This document shows positions 1-10,363 of a stretch of DNA of 39,099 bases, piece by piece. Under the pieces are notes generated by a model, which saw only the letters and a list, made by a program, of their open reading frames with translations, had not been told where the DNA came from and did not search any database. A program made the position numbers and the translations under genes. The stretch's first letter is position 1, and every line of letters starts with the position of its first letter. Source of the stretch: Pseudomonadota bacterium (GTDB taxonomy: Bacteria; Pseudomonadota; Gammaproteobacteria; Burkholderiales; Methylophilaceae). The stretch lies in NCBI GenBank assembly GCA_039800585.1, contig JBDLQN010000002.1, positions 1-39,099 of the forward strand, read 5' to 3'.

Positions 1-608
1 TAGTCTTTAATCACTTGCTTAGCTGAAAGCGGTAAGCGCTTTTCAGGTGGCATAGTTTCGGGCAAATAGCGCACCACTGCAAAAAAGGCAAAACCAGAAT
101 ACAACACCAAGAAAATGAAAATAGCCTGCCAATGAATGCCAAGCAACAGGCCACCAATCATCGGCGCAATGGCGGGGGCAATACCAAACAACATTTGCAC
201 TGTCGCCATCACACGCTGGGCTTGTGGGCCCTCAAACAAGTCACGCACCATAGCTCTAGCTACTACGTTACCCGCACCGCCAGATAAGCCTTGTAATGCT
301 CTAAAGAACCACAGCGTCTCTACGTTTTTAGCAAAGGCACAGCCCAACGATGCCAGTAAAAATACACCCAAGCCTATTTTGATGGTGGGAATGCGCCCGA
401 TTGAGTCTGAAATAGCACCATGCCAAAGCGTCATAATGGCGTAAGGCAATAAGTAAAAAGTGAGGCTTTGTTGTAAATCCACAGGCTGTGCCAACAAGTC
501 GGCTTCTAAAGCTGGGAAAGCTGGCAAATAAGTATCGATGGCAAACGGCGCAAGCGCGGCCAGGCTAGCAAGTAGAAAAGATAAAAATAGCGGGGAAAGT
601 TTTGTCAT
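1..608 (-). CDS. Bcr/CflA-family MFS efflux transporter (3' end runs off the window)
   Basis: Manual translation from ATG at 608: MTKLSPLFLSFLLASLAALAPFAIDTYLPAFP...GAISDSIGR...FRALQGLSGGAGNVVARAMVRDLF...LPET. These are typical Bcr/CflA motifs. Not in the ORF track because it is truncated. Confidence 0.9.
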   Translation of the reverse strand, partial: MTKLSPLFLSFLLASLAALAPFAIDTYLPAFPALEADLLAQPVDLQQSLTFYLLPYAIMTLWHGAISDSIGRIPTIKIGLGVFLLASLGCAFAKNVETLWFFRALQGLSGGAGNVVARAMVRDLFEGPQAQRVMATVQMLFGIAPAIAPMIGGLLLGIHWQAIFIFLVLYSGFAFFAVVRYLPETMPPEKRLPLSAKQVIKD

Positions 609-643
609 TGAGTTTTTGGCTACTTAACTTTATTAAAGGCTTC

Positions 644-679
644 AATAAAAACGCGCCAGTGAGTCTTCAAAGGCGCGTT
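644..679 (-). terminator. Probable intrinsic terminator after pqqE
   Basis: AACGCGCC (650-657)/GGCGCGTT (672-679) stem, followed on the minus strand by a U-rich run; the loop is large (14 nt). Confidence 0.55.
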
Positions 680-707
680 CATTTAACCACAAATGCTAGA
701 TTTTTGG

Positions 708-1931
708 CTAAGGCAATGCGTGAAAGTCTTGCACCCTATCATTCAATTCCCCCGCGATGATTTTCTTGGAATTTTTATCGTTACGGAAAATAATCGGCTG
801 TGCCGCAATCACAGGGTTTTTGGCATTCTCAATGGCCTCTGTAATTAAATGATGTTGAGGCGATAAACTACAAACAGGGTCTGTTGCTTCAGCATCGCCC
901 GTCAACATATAAGCTTGGCAACGACAGCCGCCCAAATCTTTTTCTTTATCCGCGCAGCTACGGCAAGGCTCTTTCATCCACTCATCGCCGCGATACTTGT
1001 TGAAGGTAGGCGAATCTTTCCAAACCCACTCAAGCTTGGTGTCCTTAACATTAGGGAATTTCATATTCGGCAAAACGCGGGCTGAGTGACAAGGCAAAAC
1101 ATCACCATTTGCTGTCACAATCATAAATACCTCACCCCAGCCATTCATGCACTTCTTAGGACGATCTGAGAAATAATCAGGCACCACAAAGAAGATTTTC
1201 ATCTTACTATTGGTTCTTGCACGGAATTCATTAGTGATGCGCTCCGCCTCATCGACCTGCTCTTTCGTAGGCATCAATTGGCTACGGTTAATCAAAGACC
1301 ACCCATAGTATTGGGTATTCGCCAACTCAATATAATCCGCGCCAAGTGCTTCAGCCATTTCTAAAATTTGGCCGATATGCCCAATGTTGTAACGATGAAT
1401 CACAACGTTAAGCACCATGGGGTAACCATGATTTTTAATCATGGCAGCCACTTTTTTCTTTAGCTCAAAGGTTTTGGTGTTGGTAATAAAGTTGTTAATT
1501 TCTTCAGTGATGTCGTGCATAGACAACTGAATATGATCCAAACCGCCCTCTTTAAAGGCTTGAATGCGTTTTTCAGTCAAGCCAACACCAGAGGTAATCA
1601 AGTTGCTGTAATAACCTAGCTTTTTAGCCTCGACCACAATTTCTTCAATATCATCTCGCAGCAAGGGCTCGCCACCTGAAATCCCTAATTGCAAGGCGCC
1701 CAATTTACGCGCCTCACGCAGCGCTTTAATCCACTCTTCTGTACTTAACTCATTTTGCGTGTGCTTATCGTAATCAGTCGGGTTATAGCAAAACGCGCAA
1801 TGCAAGGGGCAGCGGTAAGTCACTTCAGCCAATAACCAAAGCGGTTGGGTGCGAGTAAAACTAGAAGCGACGCCATTATTCTGCGCCACCTCTTTTTGTA
1901 CCACTGAATTACCTAATGAAGCTTGTGTCAT
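708..1931 (-). CDS. pqqE: PQQ biosynthesis radical SAM/SPASM enzyme PqqE
   Basis: WLLAEVTYRCPLHCAFCYNP (CxxxCxxC), SPASM cysteines (CMNGWG, GGCRCQA), operon context. Confidence 0.97.
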   Translation of the reverse strand: MTQASLGNSVVQKEVAQNNGVASSFTRTQPLWLLAEVTYRCPLHCAFCYNPTDYDKHTQNELSTEEWIKALREARKLGALQLGISGGEPLLRDDIEEIVVEAKKLGYYSNLITSGVGLTEKRIQAFKEGGLDHIQLSMHDITEEINNFITNTKTFELKKKVAAMIKNHGYPMVLNVVIHRYNIGHIGQILEMAEALGADYIELANTQYYGWSLINRSQLMPTKEQVDEAERITNEFRARTNSKMKIFFVVPDYFSDRPKKCMNGWGEVFMIVTANGDVLPCHSARVLPNMKFPNVKDTKLEWVWKDSPTFNKYRGDEWMKEPCRSCADKEKDLGGCRCQAYMLTGDAEATDPVCSLSPQHHLITEAIENAKNPVIAAQPIIFRNDKNSKKIIAGELNDRVQDFHALP

Positions 1932-1946
1932 GAGGATTCCCTTCTT

Positions 1947-2222
1947 TTAAACTTGGCGTAACCAGGCCTTTTCAAGCGCTAACTCAAGCATGCCAATAAT
2001 GTCATGCTCAATATCAGGCGCGTCAGGAAATTTTGCTTTTAAAACAGACACGACGTCGGCTACTGTACGCTTTCCATCTACCTGATTAAGCACCTCACCC
2101 GCACCGCCATTAAGCTTGACCATCCCCTCGGGAAACAAGATAACAAAGCACCCTTGGGCTTCTTCCCATTGGAAACGATGGTGATGCGCGATAGCAAAAA
2201 CGTCTGTTTGATTCACACTCAT
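1947..2222 (-). CDS. pqqD: PqqA-binding chaperone PqqD
   Basis: FQWEEAQGCFVILFPEGMVKLN signature. ATG at 2222 preferred over TTG at 2234. Confidence 0.93.
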   Translation of the reverse strand: MSVNQTDVFAIAHHHRFQWEEAQGCFVILFPEGMVKLNGGAGEVLNQVDGKRTVADVVSVLKAKFPDAPDIEHDIIGMLELALEKAWLRQV

Positions 2223-2234
2223 GCTGGATTCCAA

Positions 2235-2987
2235 TTAATAAACAGGCTGACGCAAATACGGAACGCCATCTGTTGTAACATCGGTACATTGCAACATAAT
2301 AGAGTCCGCAATCACCCAAAGCACGTCCAGTTTGAATTGAAGAATATCCAAAGCGCGCTGTTGCATCTCACGACTCTTACCGAAGTAATCCAGCGTAACC
2401 GCCAAACCTTGCTCAACGTCACGACGCGCTTCTGTAAGGCGTTTTTTGAAGTACACCAAGCCATCTTCCTTAATCCAAGGGTAAACAGTCGGCCATGAGC
2501 TAATACGTTGTTGATGGATATGCGGTGCAAATAACTCAGTGAGCGATGAGCATACAGACTCTTGCCAAGGGCGTTGACGAGCAAAGTTGATATAAGCATC
2601 CACAGCAAACCTAACGCCGGGGCTCACCATTTTAAGCGAAGTCACATCTTCACGACTTAAGCCAACAGCCTGACCCAATTGAATCCAAGCTTCAATACCG
2701 CCCACGGCATCACCAACACCATCGTGGTCGGTAATACGAACTATCCACTCTTTACGTACTTCTTTGTCGGGGCAGTTAGACAAAATCGCTGCATCTTTTT
2801 GAGGAATGCCAATTTGGTAATAAAAACGGTTCGCCACCCAACACTGAAGCTGCTCTTTACTTAGCTTACCTTCATACATTGCCACGTGAATTGGATGATG
2901 GATATGATAGCCTTGGCCTTTGTGACGCAATTTTTCTTCGAATTCTTCGCGCGTCCAAGGTAAGTTGTTATCAGCTACTGCATTCAT
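2235..2987 (-). CDS. pqqC: Pyrroloquinoline-quinone synthase PqqC
   Basis: [36 protein letters not shown] motifs. Confidence 0.97.
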   Translation of the reverse strand: MNAVADNNLPWTREEFEEKLRHKGQGYHIHHPIHVAMYEGKLSKEQLQCWVANRFYYQIGIPQKDAAILSNCPDKEVRKEWIVRITDHDGVGDAVGGIEAWIQLGQAVGLSREDVTSLKMVSPGVRFAVDAYINFARQRPWQESVCSSLTELFAPHIHQQRISSWPTVYPWIKEDGLVYFKKRLTEARRDVEQGLAVTLDYFGKSREMQQRALDILQFKLDVLWVIADSIMLQCTDVTTDGVPYLRQPVY

Positions 2988-2996
2988 ACTGCTCTC

Positions 2997-3914
2997 CTAA
3001 AGAATAATGTCCATGCCGTCATAAGCGACTTCGATGCCGTGCTCAGTCAGCTCTGCGCGCTCTGCAGAATCTTCTCTTAAAATAGGGTTGGTGTTATTGA
3101 TGTGAATCAGCACTTTTCTTGAAGCATCAAATTTATCCAAATCTTCAATCATGCCGCCTGGGCCAGATTGCGGATTGTGACCGATACTACGCGCTGTTTT
3201 GGTCATCAAACCCATATCAATCATCTCAGTATTTGTCCAAAACGTACCATCCACCATAATGCAATCTGCCTGATTCATTAATGGGGGCAAATGCGGCTCA
3301 ATCTCAGCCAATCCTGGCGAATACCAACATTTTTTACCTGAGCTAACTTCCTCAATAAGAACACCAATCGTGTCTCCAGGATGAGGGTCATGACGGTGAG
3401 GTGAGTATGGCGGTGCTGCACTTTTCAGAGCCACGGCCGTAAATCGCAAATTATTTGCACCTTTTACTTCGAATGAAGTTTTTCCATCTGTTGCCACAGC
3501 GTGGTGATTAATACCGCAGTAGTGACCAAGTATGTTAAGTAAAGGGTTACCTGTGGTGAGGTCTTGATACACCATATCCGTACAGTAGATTTCACGCTGC
3601 ACTTGGCCTTCGCGCAACATCAATAAGCCTGTGGTGTGGTCAATTTGTGCATCAATCAGCACGATACCAACAATCCCGCTATCGCGAATTGCACGACCTG
3701 GTTGCAAAGGGGGAAACGATTGAATTTGCTGCAGCACATCGGGCGAAGCATTGAACAACACCCAATTCACGCCATCACCACTTACGCAGATTGAAGATTG
3801 TGTACGTTTTGTTGCTTTGATAGTGCCTTTACGCAGTCCATCACAATTTTGACAATTGCAATTCCACTGTGGAAAACCACCACCCGCGCCTGCTCCCAAT
3901 ACTCGAATATGCAT
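2997..3914 (-). CDS. pqqB: PQQ biosynthesis protein PqqB (metallo-beta-lactamase fold)
   Basis: VLGAGAGGGFPQWNCNC, RTQSSI, IHINNTNPIL motifs. Confidence 0.97.
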   Translation of the reverse strand: MHIRVLGAGAGGGFPQWNCNCQNCDGLRKGTIKATKRTQSSICVSGDGVNWVLFNASPDVLQQIQSFPPLQPGRAIRDSGIVGIVLIDAQIDHTTGLLMLREGQVQREIYCTDMVYQDLTTGNPLLNILGHYCGINHHAVATDGKTSFEVKGANNLRFTAVALKSAAPPYSPHRHDPHPGDTIGVLIEEVSSGKKCWYSPGLAEIEPHLPPLMNQADCIMVDGTFWTNTEMIDMGLMTKTARSIGHNPQSGPGGMIEDLDKFDASRKVLIHINNTNPILREDSAERAELTEHGIEVAYDGMDIIL

Positions 3915-3943
3915 ATATTTTCTCTATTTTCTATACTGAATGT

Positions 3944-3971
3944 GAAACTGGGCTACCTCACAGCAGCCCAG
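3944..3971 (-). terminator. pqqA-pqqB intergenic hairpin (weak terminator or stabiliser)
   Basis: Minus-strand RNA CUGGGCUGC-UGUGAG-GUAGCCCAG-UUUC; 9-bp stem with one G-U pair and a short U tail. Confidence 0.65.
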
Positions 3972-4022
3972 CCTCTGCAATCTTTAAAGACTGCTTGAAC
4001 TGATAAACAACCTTGCAATTGA

Positions 4023-4094
4023 TTATTTGTTCATTACGTACATTGTAACTTCAAAGCCAAAACGCATTTCAGTAGCAGCTGGTTTAGTCCACAT
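4023..4094 (-). CDS. pqqA: PQQ precursor peptide PqqA (23 aa)
   Basis: [23 protein letters not shown], with the E-x-x-x-Y core (EVTMY). AGGAGA RBS at 4101-4106; directly upstream of pqqB. Confidence 0.97.
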   Translation of the reverse strand: MWTKPAATEMRFGFEVTMYVMNK

Positions 4095-4394
4095 AATGTA
4101 TCTCCTTAAAATTATTAAGTAACAGCGTTAGTGCAATAAGCAATCTAACGTGAGTTGCATTCTCCCCGCCACAGGCCTCTTTCAACAGTGCAAAAATAAG
4201 GAATGTTTGCTAATGATTTTCATGACAAGCGCATCATAATACTTAGCATTAACGTAATTTCTGAAGGCATGGCGAAGAAAGCCCAAAAAAGCTTTCTAAA
4301 AACTGCTGGATATAAAACTTATCAAGGCTATTTATTTGACAAGCCTGAGCGAATAAACCACTTTAAAAAAAACTGACTAACCACTAATGGCGCA

Positions 4395-5501
4395 TTAAAC
4401 CCAGCTTAATGCGCTTTTTAAAGCCTCTAAAAAGCGTTGGTTTTCTGAAAATAGACCAATACTTACACGCAAGTAATCAGGCATTTCATAATTAGCGATG
4501 GGGCGAACAATCACCCCTTGTGCCAACAGGCGATGATTTACACCTGAAGCATCTGCCACTTTAAAACTCACAAAATTACCAAACGACGGAATGTGTTCTA
4601 AACCAAGCGCTGATAAGCCTTGTGTAATTTGCACCATACCAGCCTGATTTAAGGCACGTGTACGCTCAACAAAAGCCTCATCTGCCAGCGAAGCGACGGC
4701 GGCGACTTGCGCCATACTATTCACATTAAATGGCTGGCGCACACGATTCATCAAATCCGCAATCTTAGAAGATGTAAGCCCGAAGCCTACACGCAGACCT
4801 GCTAGACCATAAGCCTTTGAAAAGGTGCGAGAAATGATGAGATTATCGAAGTCTTTTAGCCAATCAATCGCTTCGGATTTGTGCTCGTCTGATAAATACT
4901 CATCATAAGCTTCATCTAAAACAACCAATACGTGTTTAGGCACTTTTGCCAAAAAGTCCTTTAGCGCATCTTTGGCAATCAAAGTTCCCGTTGGGTTGTT
5001 AGGGTTCGCAATAAAAACAATGCGTGTTTTATCATTGATTGCTGCCAACATCGCTGACAAATCATGGCCAAAATCTTTGGCAGGAACAACCACACCCTTG
5101 GCACCAACTGCCTGCGTCACTAAGGCATAAACAGCAAATGCATGCTGCGCGTAAACCGCCTCGTCACCGTTAGACAAAAAGGCACGAGCAGCCAACTCCA
5201 AAATATCATTAGAGCCATTACCAAAAACGATTTGATCAGTTTTAACAGCAAATTTCGCTGAAACAGCATCTCGTAACTCAACACTATTGCCGTCTGGATA
5301 ACGTGCAATATCTTCCATGGCATCTTGCATCGCCACGTGAGCCTCTGGACTAATGCCGAGTGGATTTTCGTTAGAAGCCAGCTTAACAATACTCGCTGGA
5401 TCCAAACCCATTTCACGCGCCAAATCACTAATAGGCTTGCCTGGCAAATAAGGGGCAATAGAACGAATATAAGAAGGTGCTAATTTAGAAACTTCAGACA
5501 C
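4395..5501 (-). CDS. hisC: Histidinol-phosphate/aromatic aminotransferase
   Basis: KLASNENPLG, NPNNPTG, DEAY, RTFSKAYGLAGLRVG (PLP lysine); GTG start; follows serC-pheA. Confidence 0.93.
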   Translation of the reverse strand: MSEVSKLAPSYIRSIAPYLPGKPISDLAREMGLDPASIVKLASNENPLGISPEAHVAMQDAMEDIARYPDGNSVELRDAVSAKFAVKTDQIVFGNGSNDILELAARAFLSNGDEAVYAQHAFAVYALVTQAVGAKGVVVPAKDFGHDLSAMLAAINDKTRIVFIANPNNPTGTLIAKDALKDFLAKVPKHVLVVLDEAYDEYLSDEHKSEAIDWLKDFDNLIISRTFSKAYGLAGLRVGFGLTSSKIADLMNRVRQPFNVNSMAQVAAVASLADEAFVERTRALNQAGMVQITQGLSALGLEHIPSFGNFVSFKVADASGVNHRLLAQGVIVRPIANYEMPDYLRVSIGLFSENQRFLEALKSALSWV

Positions 5502-5518
5502 GATGACCTCTAAAAAAT

Positions 5519-6589
5519 CTAGACGACAGCAACAGGATAAGAGCCTAGGACTTTCACAAAAGATGCACGTTGCTCAATCTCAGCTAGCGCTGCTTTTACA
5601 TTTGCATCCAAGTGGTGTCCTTCGATATCCACAAAGAAAATATATTCCCACAAGCCCATTTTAGCTGGGCGTGACTCTAGCTTAGTCATGCTGACCTTGT
5701 TTTTAGACAAAGGCTCAAGCATTGAAACCATCGCACCTGGCACGTTTTTAGTCGCAATCATCAAAGAGGTTTTATCTTTGCCTGACGGCGCCACATCATG
5801 GTCTGCCAATACCAAAAAGCGCGTAGTATTTTTAGGATCATCTTCGATGTTATTTGCCAATGCACTCATCTCAAAGAGCTCGGCAGCTCGCAGGCTAGCA
5901 ATAGAAGCGACGCCCTGCTCCACCGAAGCTAAACGTGTTGCTTCTGCGTTGCTTACTACGGCCTGGCGCTCTGCATGTGGTAAATATTTGTTTAACCACT
6001 CATGGCACTGCGCCAAAGACTGCGAGTGTGAGTAAACCTTTTTGACTTTTGCTAAATCGGTCTCTTTGCTAAGCAAATTATGATGTACGGGTAATTCGAT
6101 CTCACCGCAGATACTTAAACGCGTGGACATCAACAAGTCCAAAGTGCGGCCAATCGCCCCTTCGGTTGAGTTTTCTACTGGCACCACACCGTAATCGGCT
6201 TGACCTGATTCCACCATGCGAAAAACTTCGTCTATCGAAGCACATTGTTTAGGCGCTGAAAGTCCGCCAAATTGCTTGTTTGCAGCCTCTTCACTGAAAG
6301 TGCCTAATGGGCCTAAGAAAGCCACTGAAAGTGCCTTCTCTAAGGCACGGCAGTTTGACATTACACTGCGAAAAACCGCAGTAACCGCTTCATTTGGCAA
6401 CGGACCTTGATTCAAATCGACTAAGCGCCGCAATACTTGCGCTTCACGCTCTGGACGGTAAATCGTACCACCGCCTTTGATTTCGCCGATTTGACGTGCA
6501 TGCGCAGCACGCTCATTCACCAACTTCAATAATTGCTCATCAATGGCATCGATTTGGTCACGATGTTTTTTTAGCAACTCATCCATCAT
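5519..6589 (-). CDS. pheA: Bifunctional chorismate mutase/prephenate dehydratase (P-protein)
   Basis: N-terminal chorismate mutase domain ([14 protein letters not shown]), [17 protein letters not shown] domain with ESRP. Confidence 0.96.
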   Translation of the reverse strand: MMDELLKKHRDQIDAIDEQLLKLVNERAAHARQIGEIKGGGTIYRPEREAQVLRRLVDLNQGPLPNEAVTAVFRSVMSNCRALEKALSVAFLGPLGTFSEEAANKQFGGLSAPKQCASIDEVFRMVESGQADYGVVPVENSTEGAIGRTLDLLMSTRLSICGEIELPVHHNLLSKETDLAKVKKVYSHSQSLAQCHEWLNKYLPHAERQAVVSNAEATRLASVEQGVASIASLRAAELFEMSALANNIEDDPKNTTRFLVLADHDVAPSGKDKTSLMIATKNVPGAMVSMLEPLSKNKVSMTKLESRPAKMGLWEYIFFVDIEGHHLDANVKAALAEIEQRASFVKVLGSYPVAVV

Positions 6590-7668
6590 CCATTCGCCTT
6601 TTCAAACGCTTGCATAAATGAAATCAAAGCTTTGACACCTTCAATCGGCATGGCGTTGTATATAGATGCGCGCATGCCGCCTACTAGCTTGTGTCCTTTT
6701 AACTGCAACAAACCATTATCTTGTGCTTGCTTTAAGAATGCCGCATCCAATTCATTGTTTTTTAAGGTGAAAGGAATATTCATTCTGGAGCGATTTTCCA
6801 CAGCAATCGGTGAGTGGTAAAAGTCTGATTGATCCAAATAGTCGTAAAGCAAACCTGCTTTTTCGATATTGGTTTTTTCCATGGCAGCCAAGCCACCTTT
6901 TGCTTTTAGCCATTTAAATACTAAACCTGCCATGTAAATACCGTAAGTTGGTGGTGTGTTGTACATGGATTCATTATCGGCATGCGTTTTGTAATCGAAC
7001 ATGGTTGGCGTTCCAGCAAGGGTTTTGCCAATCAAATCCTCACGGACAATAACAATCGTTAAGCCTGCTGGACCAATATTCTTTTGCGCGCCTGCATAAA
7101 TTAGGCCGTATTGGCTCACATCAATAGGACGAGACAAGATATGCGATGACATATCACAAACCAAGGGAACATCGCCTGTTTTAGGCGTCCAAAACATCTC
7201 TACGCCACCAATGGTTTCGTTTGAGGTGTAATGCACATAAGCCGCATTGGGATTTAATTTCCATGCATCTTGGCTTGGCGCATAGGTGTAATTTTTATCT
7301 TTGCTAGAAGCCACCACATTGAGTTCGCAGTAACGCGCAGCCTCATCAATGGCTTTTTTAGACCAAATACCTGTGTCTAGATAATCTGCTACTTTCTTGC
7401 CACGCAATAGATTCATTGGAATCATAGAGAATTGGCTGTGCGCGCCGCCTTGCAAAAACAACACCTTGTAATTGCTAGGGACATTCATCAACTCACGCAA
7501 ATCGGCTTCAGCTTGAGCGGCAATGCTCATAAACTCTTTGCCACGATGGCTCATTTCCATCACAGACATACCAGAGCCATGCCAATCCAGCATCTCCTGT
7601 TGCGCTGTTAACAGCACCTCTTTAGGAAGTACTGCTGGGCCAGCTGAAAAATTGTAGATTTGCGCCAT
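6586..7668 (-). CDS. serC: Phosphoserine aminotransferase
   Basis: [35 protein letters not shown]. Confidence 0.97.
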   Translation of the reverse strand: MAQIYNFSAGPAVLPKEVLLTAQQEMLDWHGSGMSVMEMSHRGKEFMSIAAQAEADLRELMNVPSNYKVLFLQGGAHSQFSMIPMNLLRGKKVADYLDTGIWSKKAIDEAARYCELNVVASSKDKNYTYAPSQDAWKLNPNAAYVHYTSNETIGGVEMFWTPKTGDVPLVCDMSSHILSRPIDVSQYGLIYAGAQKNIGPAGLTIVIVREDLIGKTLAGTPTMFDYKTHADNESMYNTPPTYGIYMAGLVFKWLKAKGGLAAMEKTNIEKAGLLYDYLDQSDFYHSPIAVENRSRMNIPFTLKNNELDAAFLKQAQDNGLLQLKGHKLVGGMRASIYNAMPIEGVKALISFMQAFEKANG

Positions 7669-7686
7669 ATAGAATAGTGAATCGAA

Positions 7687-10239
7687 TTAAGCTTCTTCGC
7701 TCTCGTCGTCTGACTCAACCACTTTTTCAAGACCTGAAAGTTTCTCGCCTTCACCTAAGTTGATCAGTGTGACACCTTGTGTTGCACGGCCTAGCTCACG
7801 AATTTCTTTCACGCGTGTACGAATCAGAACGCCACCAGTGGTAATCAACATGATTTCGTCTTCATCATTCACCAAACGTGCAGCAACCACTTTACCGTTA
7901 CGCTCGCTAATCGCAATCGCTTTAACGCCCTGTGTGCCACGTCCTGAGTGACGGAAATCAGCCAAGACAGTACGTTTACCGTAACCATTTTCAGTCGCCA
8001 CCAATACAGTTTGTTGATCGTTTTCAGCCACTAACAATGAAAGCACTTGCTGGTCTTTAGCAATCTTCATACCACGTACACCACGCGCCGCACGGCCCAT
8101 AGGACGCACAGCTTCTTCATCAAACCAAACTGCTTTACCTGCATCAGATACCAACACGATATCTTGCGTGCCATTAGTCACTTCCGCACCAATCAAGTAA
8201 TCGCCTTCATCTAGATTGATAGCGATAATGCCTGATTTACGTGGGTTAGCGAATTCATCCAAGCCTGTTTTCTTCACAGTACCCATTGAAGTAGCCATGA
8301 ATACATAATGCTCAGCATCAAATTCTTTCACTGGCAAGATAGCGTTGATTTTTTCGCCCTCTTCCAATGGGAACAAGTTAATAATTGGTTTGCCACGGCT
8401 TGCGCGGCCGCCTTGCGGAACTTCATAAACCTTCAACCAGTACACGCGACCACGGCTTGAGAAGCACAAGATGTAATCGTGGGTATTTGCGACAAACATC
8501 TTGTCGATGAAGTCGTCTTCCTTAGTTGCTGCGGCTTGTTTGCCACGGCCACCGCGACGTTGTGCACGATACTCTTCTAGCGGCTGAGATTTGATATAGC
8601 CAGTATGTGACAAGGTCACCACCACGTCTTGTGGCGTGATTAAATCCTCAAGTGACAAGTCTTGCGCGTTATGCACGATTTCACTACGACGGTTATCACC
8701 AAACTGTTGGCGAATCGCAGCCAATTCTTCAGAAATCATTTGAGTAACACGGCTTGATGTTGCCAAGATATTGAGCAAATCAGTAATGAGATCCATCACC
8801 TCTTTGTACTCATTCACAATCTTGTCTTGCTCAAGACCAGTCAAGCGTTGCAAGCGCATCTGTAGAATTTCTTGCGCTTGAACATCAGATAAGCGATAGC
8901 CATCTGTTTTTAGACCAAACTCAATTGCCAAACCTTCAGGACGCGAAGCTTCCATCGCTGCACGCTTCAGCATTTCTTCAACCACTGGCGACTTCCAGGA
9001 CTTCGCCATCAAGTCTTTCTTGGCTTCTGGAGGTGTTGGCGCAGCCTTGATGATTGCAATCATCTCATCCACGTTAGCCAATGCAACCGCTAAGCCTTCC
9101 AATACATGGCCGCGATCGCGAGCTTTACGAAGTTCGAATACAGTACGACGCGTAATCACTTCACGACGATGGCGCAAGAAGGCTTCCAACATCTGCTTCA
9201 AGTTGAGCAAACGAGGTTGACCATCAAGCAAGGCCACCATATTCATACCGAAGGTGTCTTGTAGCTGGGTTTGCTTGTAAAGGTTGTTCAGCACTACTTC
9301 TGGCACTTCACCGCGTTTAAGCTCAATCACTACACGCATACCAGACTTGTCAGACTCGTCACGCAAATCTGAAATGCCTTCAATTTTTTTCTCGTTGACT
9401 AATTCAGCGATTTTCTCAACGAAAGTCTTTTTGTTCACTTGGTATGGAAGTTCATCCACAATCAGCGCCTGACGACCACCGCGCTCCAAATCTTCAACAT
9501 GGGTACGACCACGCATCACCACGCGACCACGACCTGTGCGATAACCTTCTTTTACGCCTGTCGTTCCATAAATAATGCCTGCTGTTGGGAAATCTGGTGC
9601 AGGAATAATATCGATCAACTCATCGATAGATAACTCAGGGTTTTGCAATAAAGCCAAGCAACCATCAATGACTTCATTGAGGTTATGTGGAGGAATGTTA
9701 GTTGCCATACCCACCGCGATACCTGAACTACCATTGATAAGCAGGTTAGGAATACGCGCTGGCATGATAAGCGGCTCATGCTCAGAGCCGTCATAGTTAG
9801 GGCCAAAATCGACTGTTTCTTTATCAATATCCGCAAGCAGCTCATGTGCGATTTTTGCCATACGGATTTCCGTATAACGCATCGCCGCAGCATTATCGCC
9901 ATCCACAGAACCGAAGTTACCTTGACCGTCCACCAACATGTAACGCAATGAGAAGTCCTGCGCCATACGAACAATTGTGTCGTAAACCGCTGTATCACCG
10001 TGCGGGTGATATTTACCGATGACATCGCCGACGATACGGGCAGATTTTTTATATGGGCGGTTCCAGTCGTTGCTTAGCTCATGCATCGCATAAAGCACAC
10101 GTCTATGTACAGGCTTTAGACCATCACGAACATCAGGAAGCGCACGTCCAACAATCACGCTCATGGCGTAATCGAGGTAAGAACGGCGCATCTCATCTTC
10201 AAGGCTAATCGGGAGGGTTTCTTTTGCGAATTGATCCAT
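7687..10239 (-). CDS. gyrA: DNA gyrase subunit A
   Basis: [35 protein letters not shown], GyrA box QRRGGRG. Confidence 0.99.
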   Translation of the reverse strand: MDQFAKETLPISLEDEMRRSYLDYAMSVIVGRALPDVRDGLKPVHRRVLYAMHELSNDWNRPYKKSARIVGDVIGKYHPHGDTAVYDTIVRMAQDFSLRYMLVDGQGNFGSVDGDNAAAMRYTEIRMAKIAHELLADIDKETVDFGPNYDGSEHEPLIMPARIPNLLINGSSGIAVGMATNIPPHNLNEVIDGCLALLQNPELSIDELIDIIPAPDFPTAGIIYGTTGVKEGYRTGRGRVVMRGRTHVEDLERGGRQALIVDELPYQVNKKTFVEKIAELVNEKKIEGISDLRDESDKSGMRVVIELKRGEVPEVVLNNLYKQTQLQDTFGMNMVALLDGQPRLLNLKQMLEAFLRHRREVITRRTVFELRKARDRGHVLEGLAVALANVDEMIAIIKAAPTPPEAKKDLMAKSWKSPVVEEMLKRAAMEASRPEGLAIEFGLKTDGYRLSDVQAQEILQMRLQRLTGLEQDKIVNEYKEVMDLITDLLNILATSSRVTQMISEELAAIRQQFGDNRRSEIVHNAQDLSLEDLITPQDVVVTLSHTGYIKSQPLEEYRAQRRGGRGKQAAATKEDDFIDKMFVANTHDYILCFSSRGRVYWLKVYEVPQGGRASRGKPIINLFPLEEGEKINAILPVKEFDAEHYVFMATSMGTVKKTGLDEFANPRKSGIIAINLDEGDYLIGAEVTNGTQDIVLVSDAGKAVWFDEEAVRPMGRAARGVRGMKIAKDQQVLSLLVAENDQQTVLVATENGYGKRTVLADFRHSGRGTQGVKAIAISERNGKVVAARLVNDEDEIMLITTGGVLIRTRVKEIRELGRATQGVTLINLGEGEKLSGLEKVVESDDESEEA

Positions 10240-10277
10240 ATTATTTTTGGTCTAAAAGAGGTCGATTTAAAGCCCTG

Positions 10278-10286
10278 ATTTTAACA
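10278..10286 (-). promoter_or_regulatory. Candidate extended -10 element (TGTTAAAAT) for gyrA
   Basis: TGnTAAAAT about 40 nt upstream of the ATG; the same 9-mer lies upstream of typA and uvrB. Confidence 0.5.
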
Positions 10287-10363
10287 TGATTAAGCCCTGC
10301 AAATCACGCGGGTTTTATTGCAAAATGACAAATATGTGAAAGCTTTTAGGAATGGAATATTTT

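Noticed and set aside
136-444. 102-aa plus-strand ORF and the many other short ORFs overlapping known genes
   Set aside because: They are antisense or alternate-frame shadows of well-supported genes (here the MFS transporter) and show no recognisable motifs.
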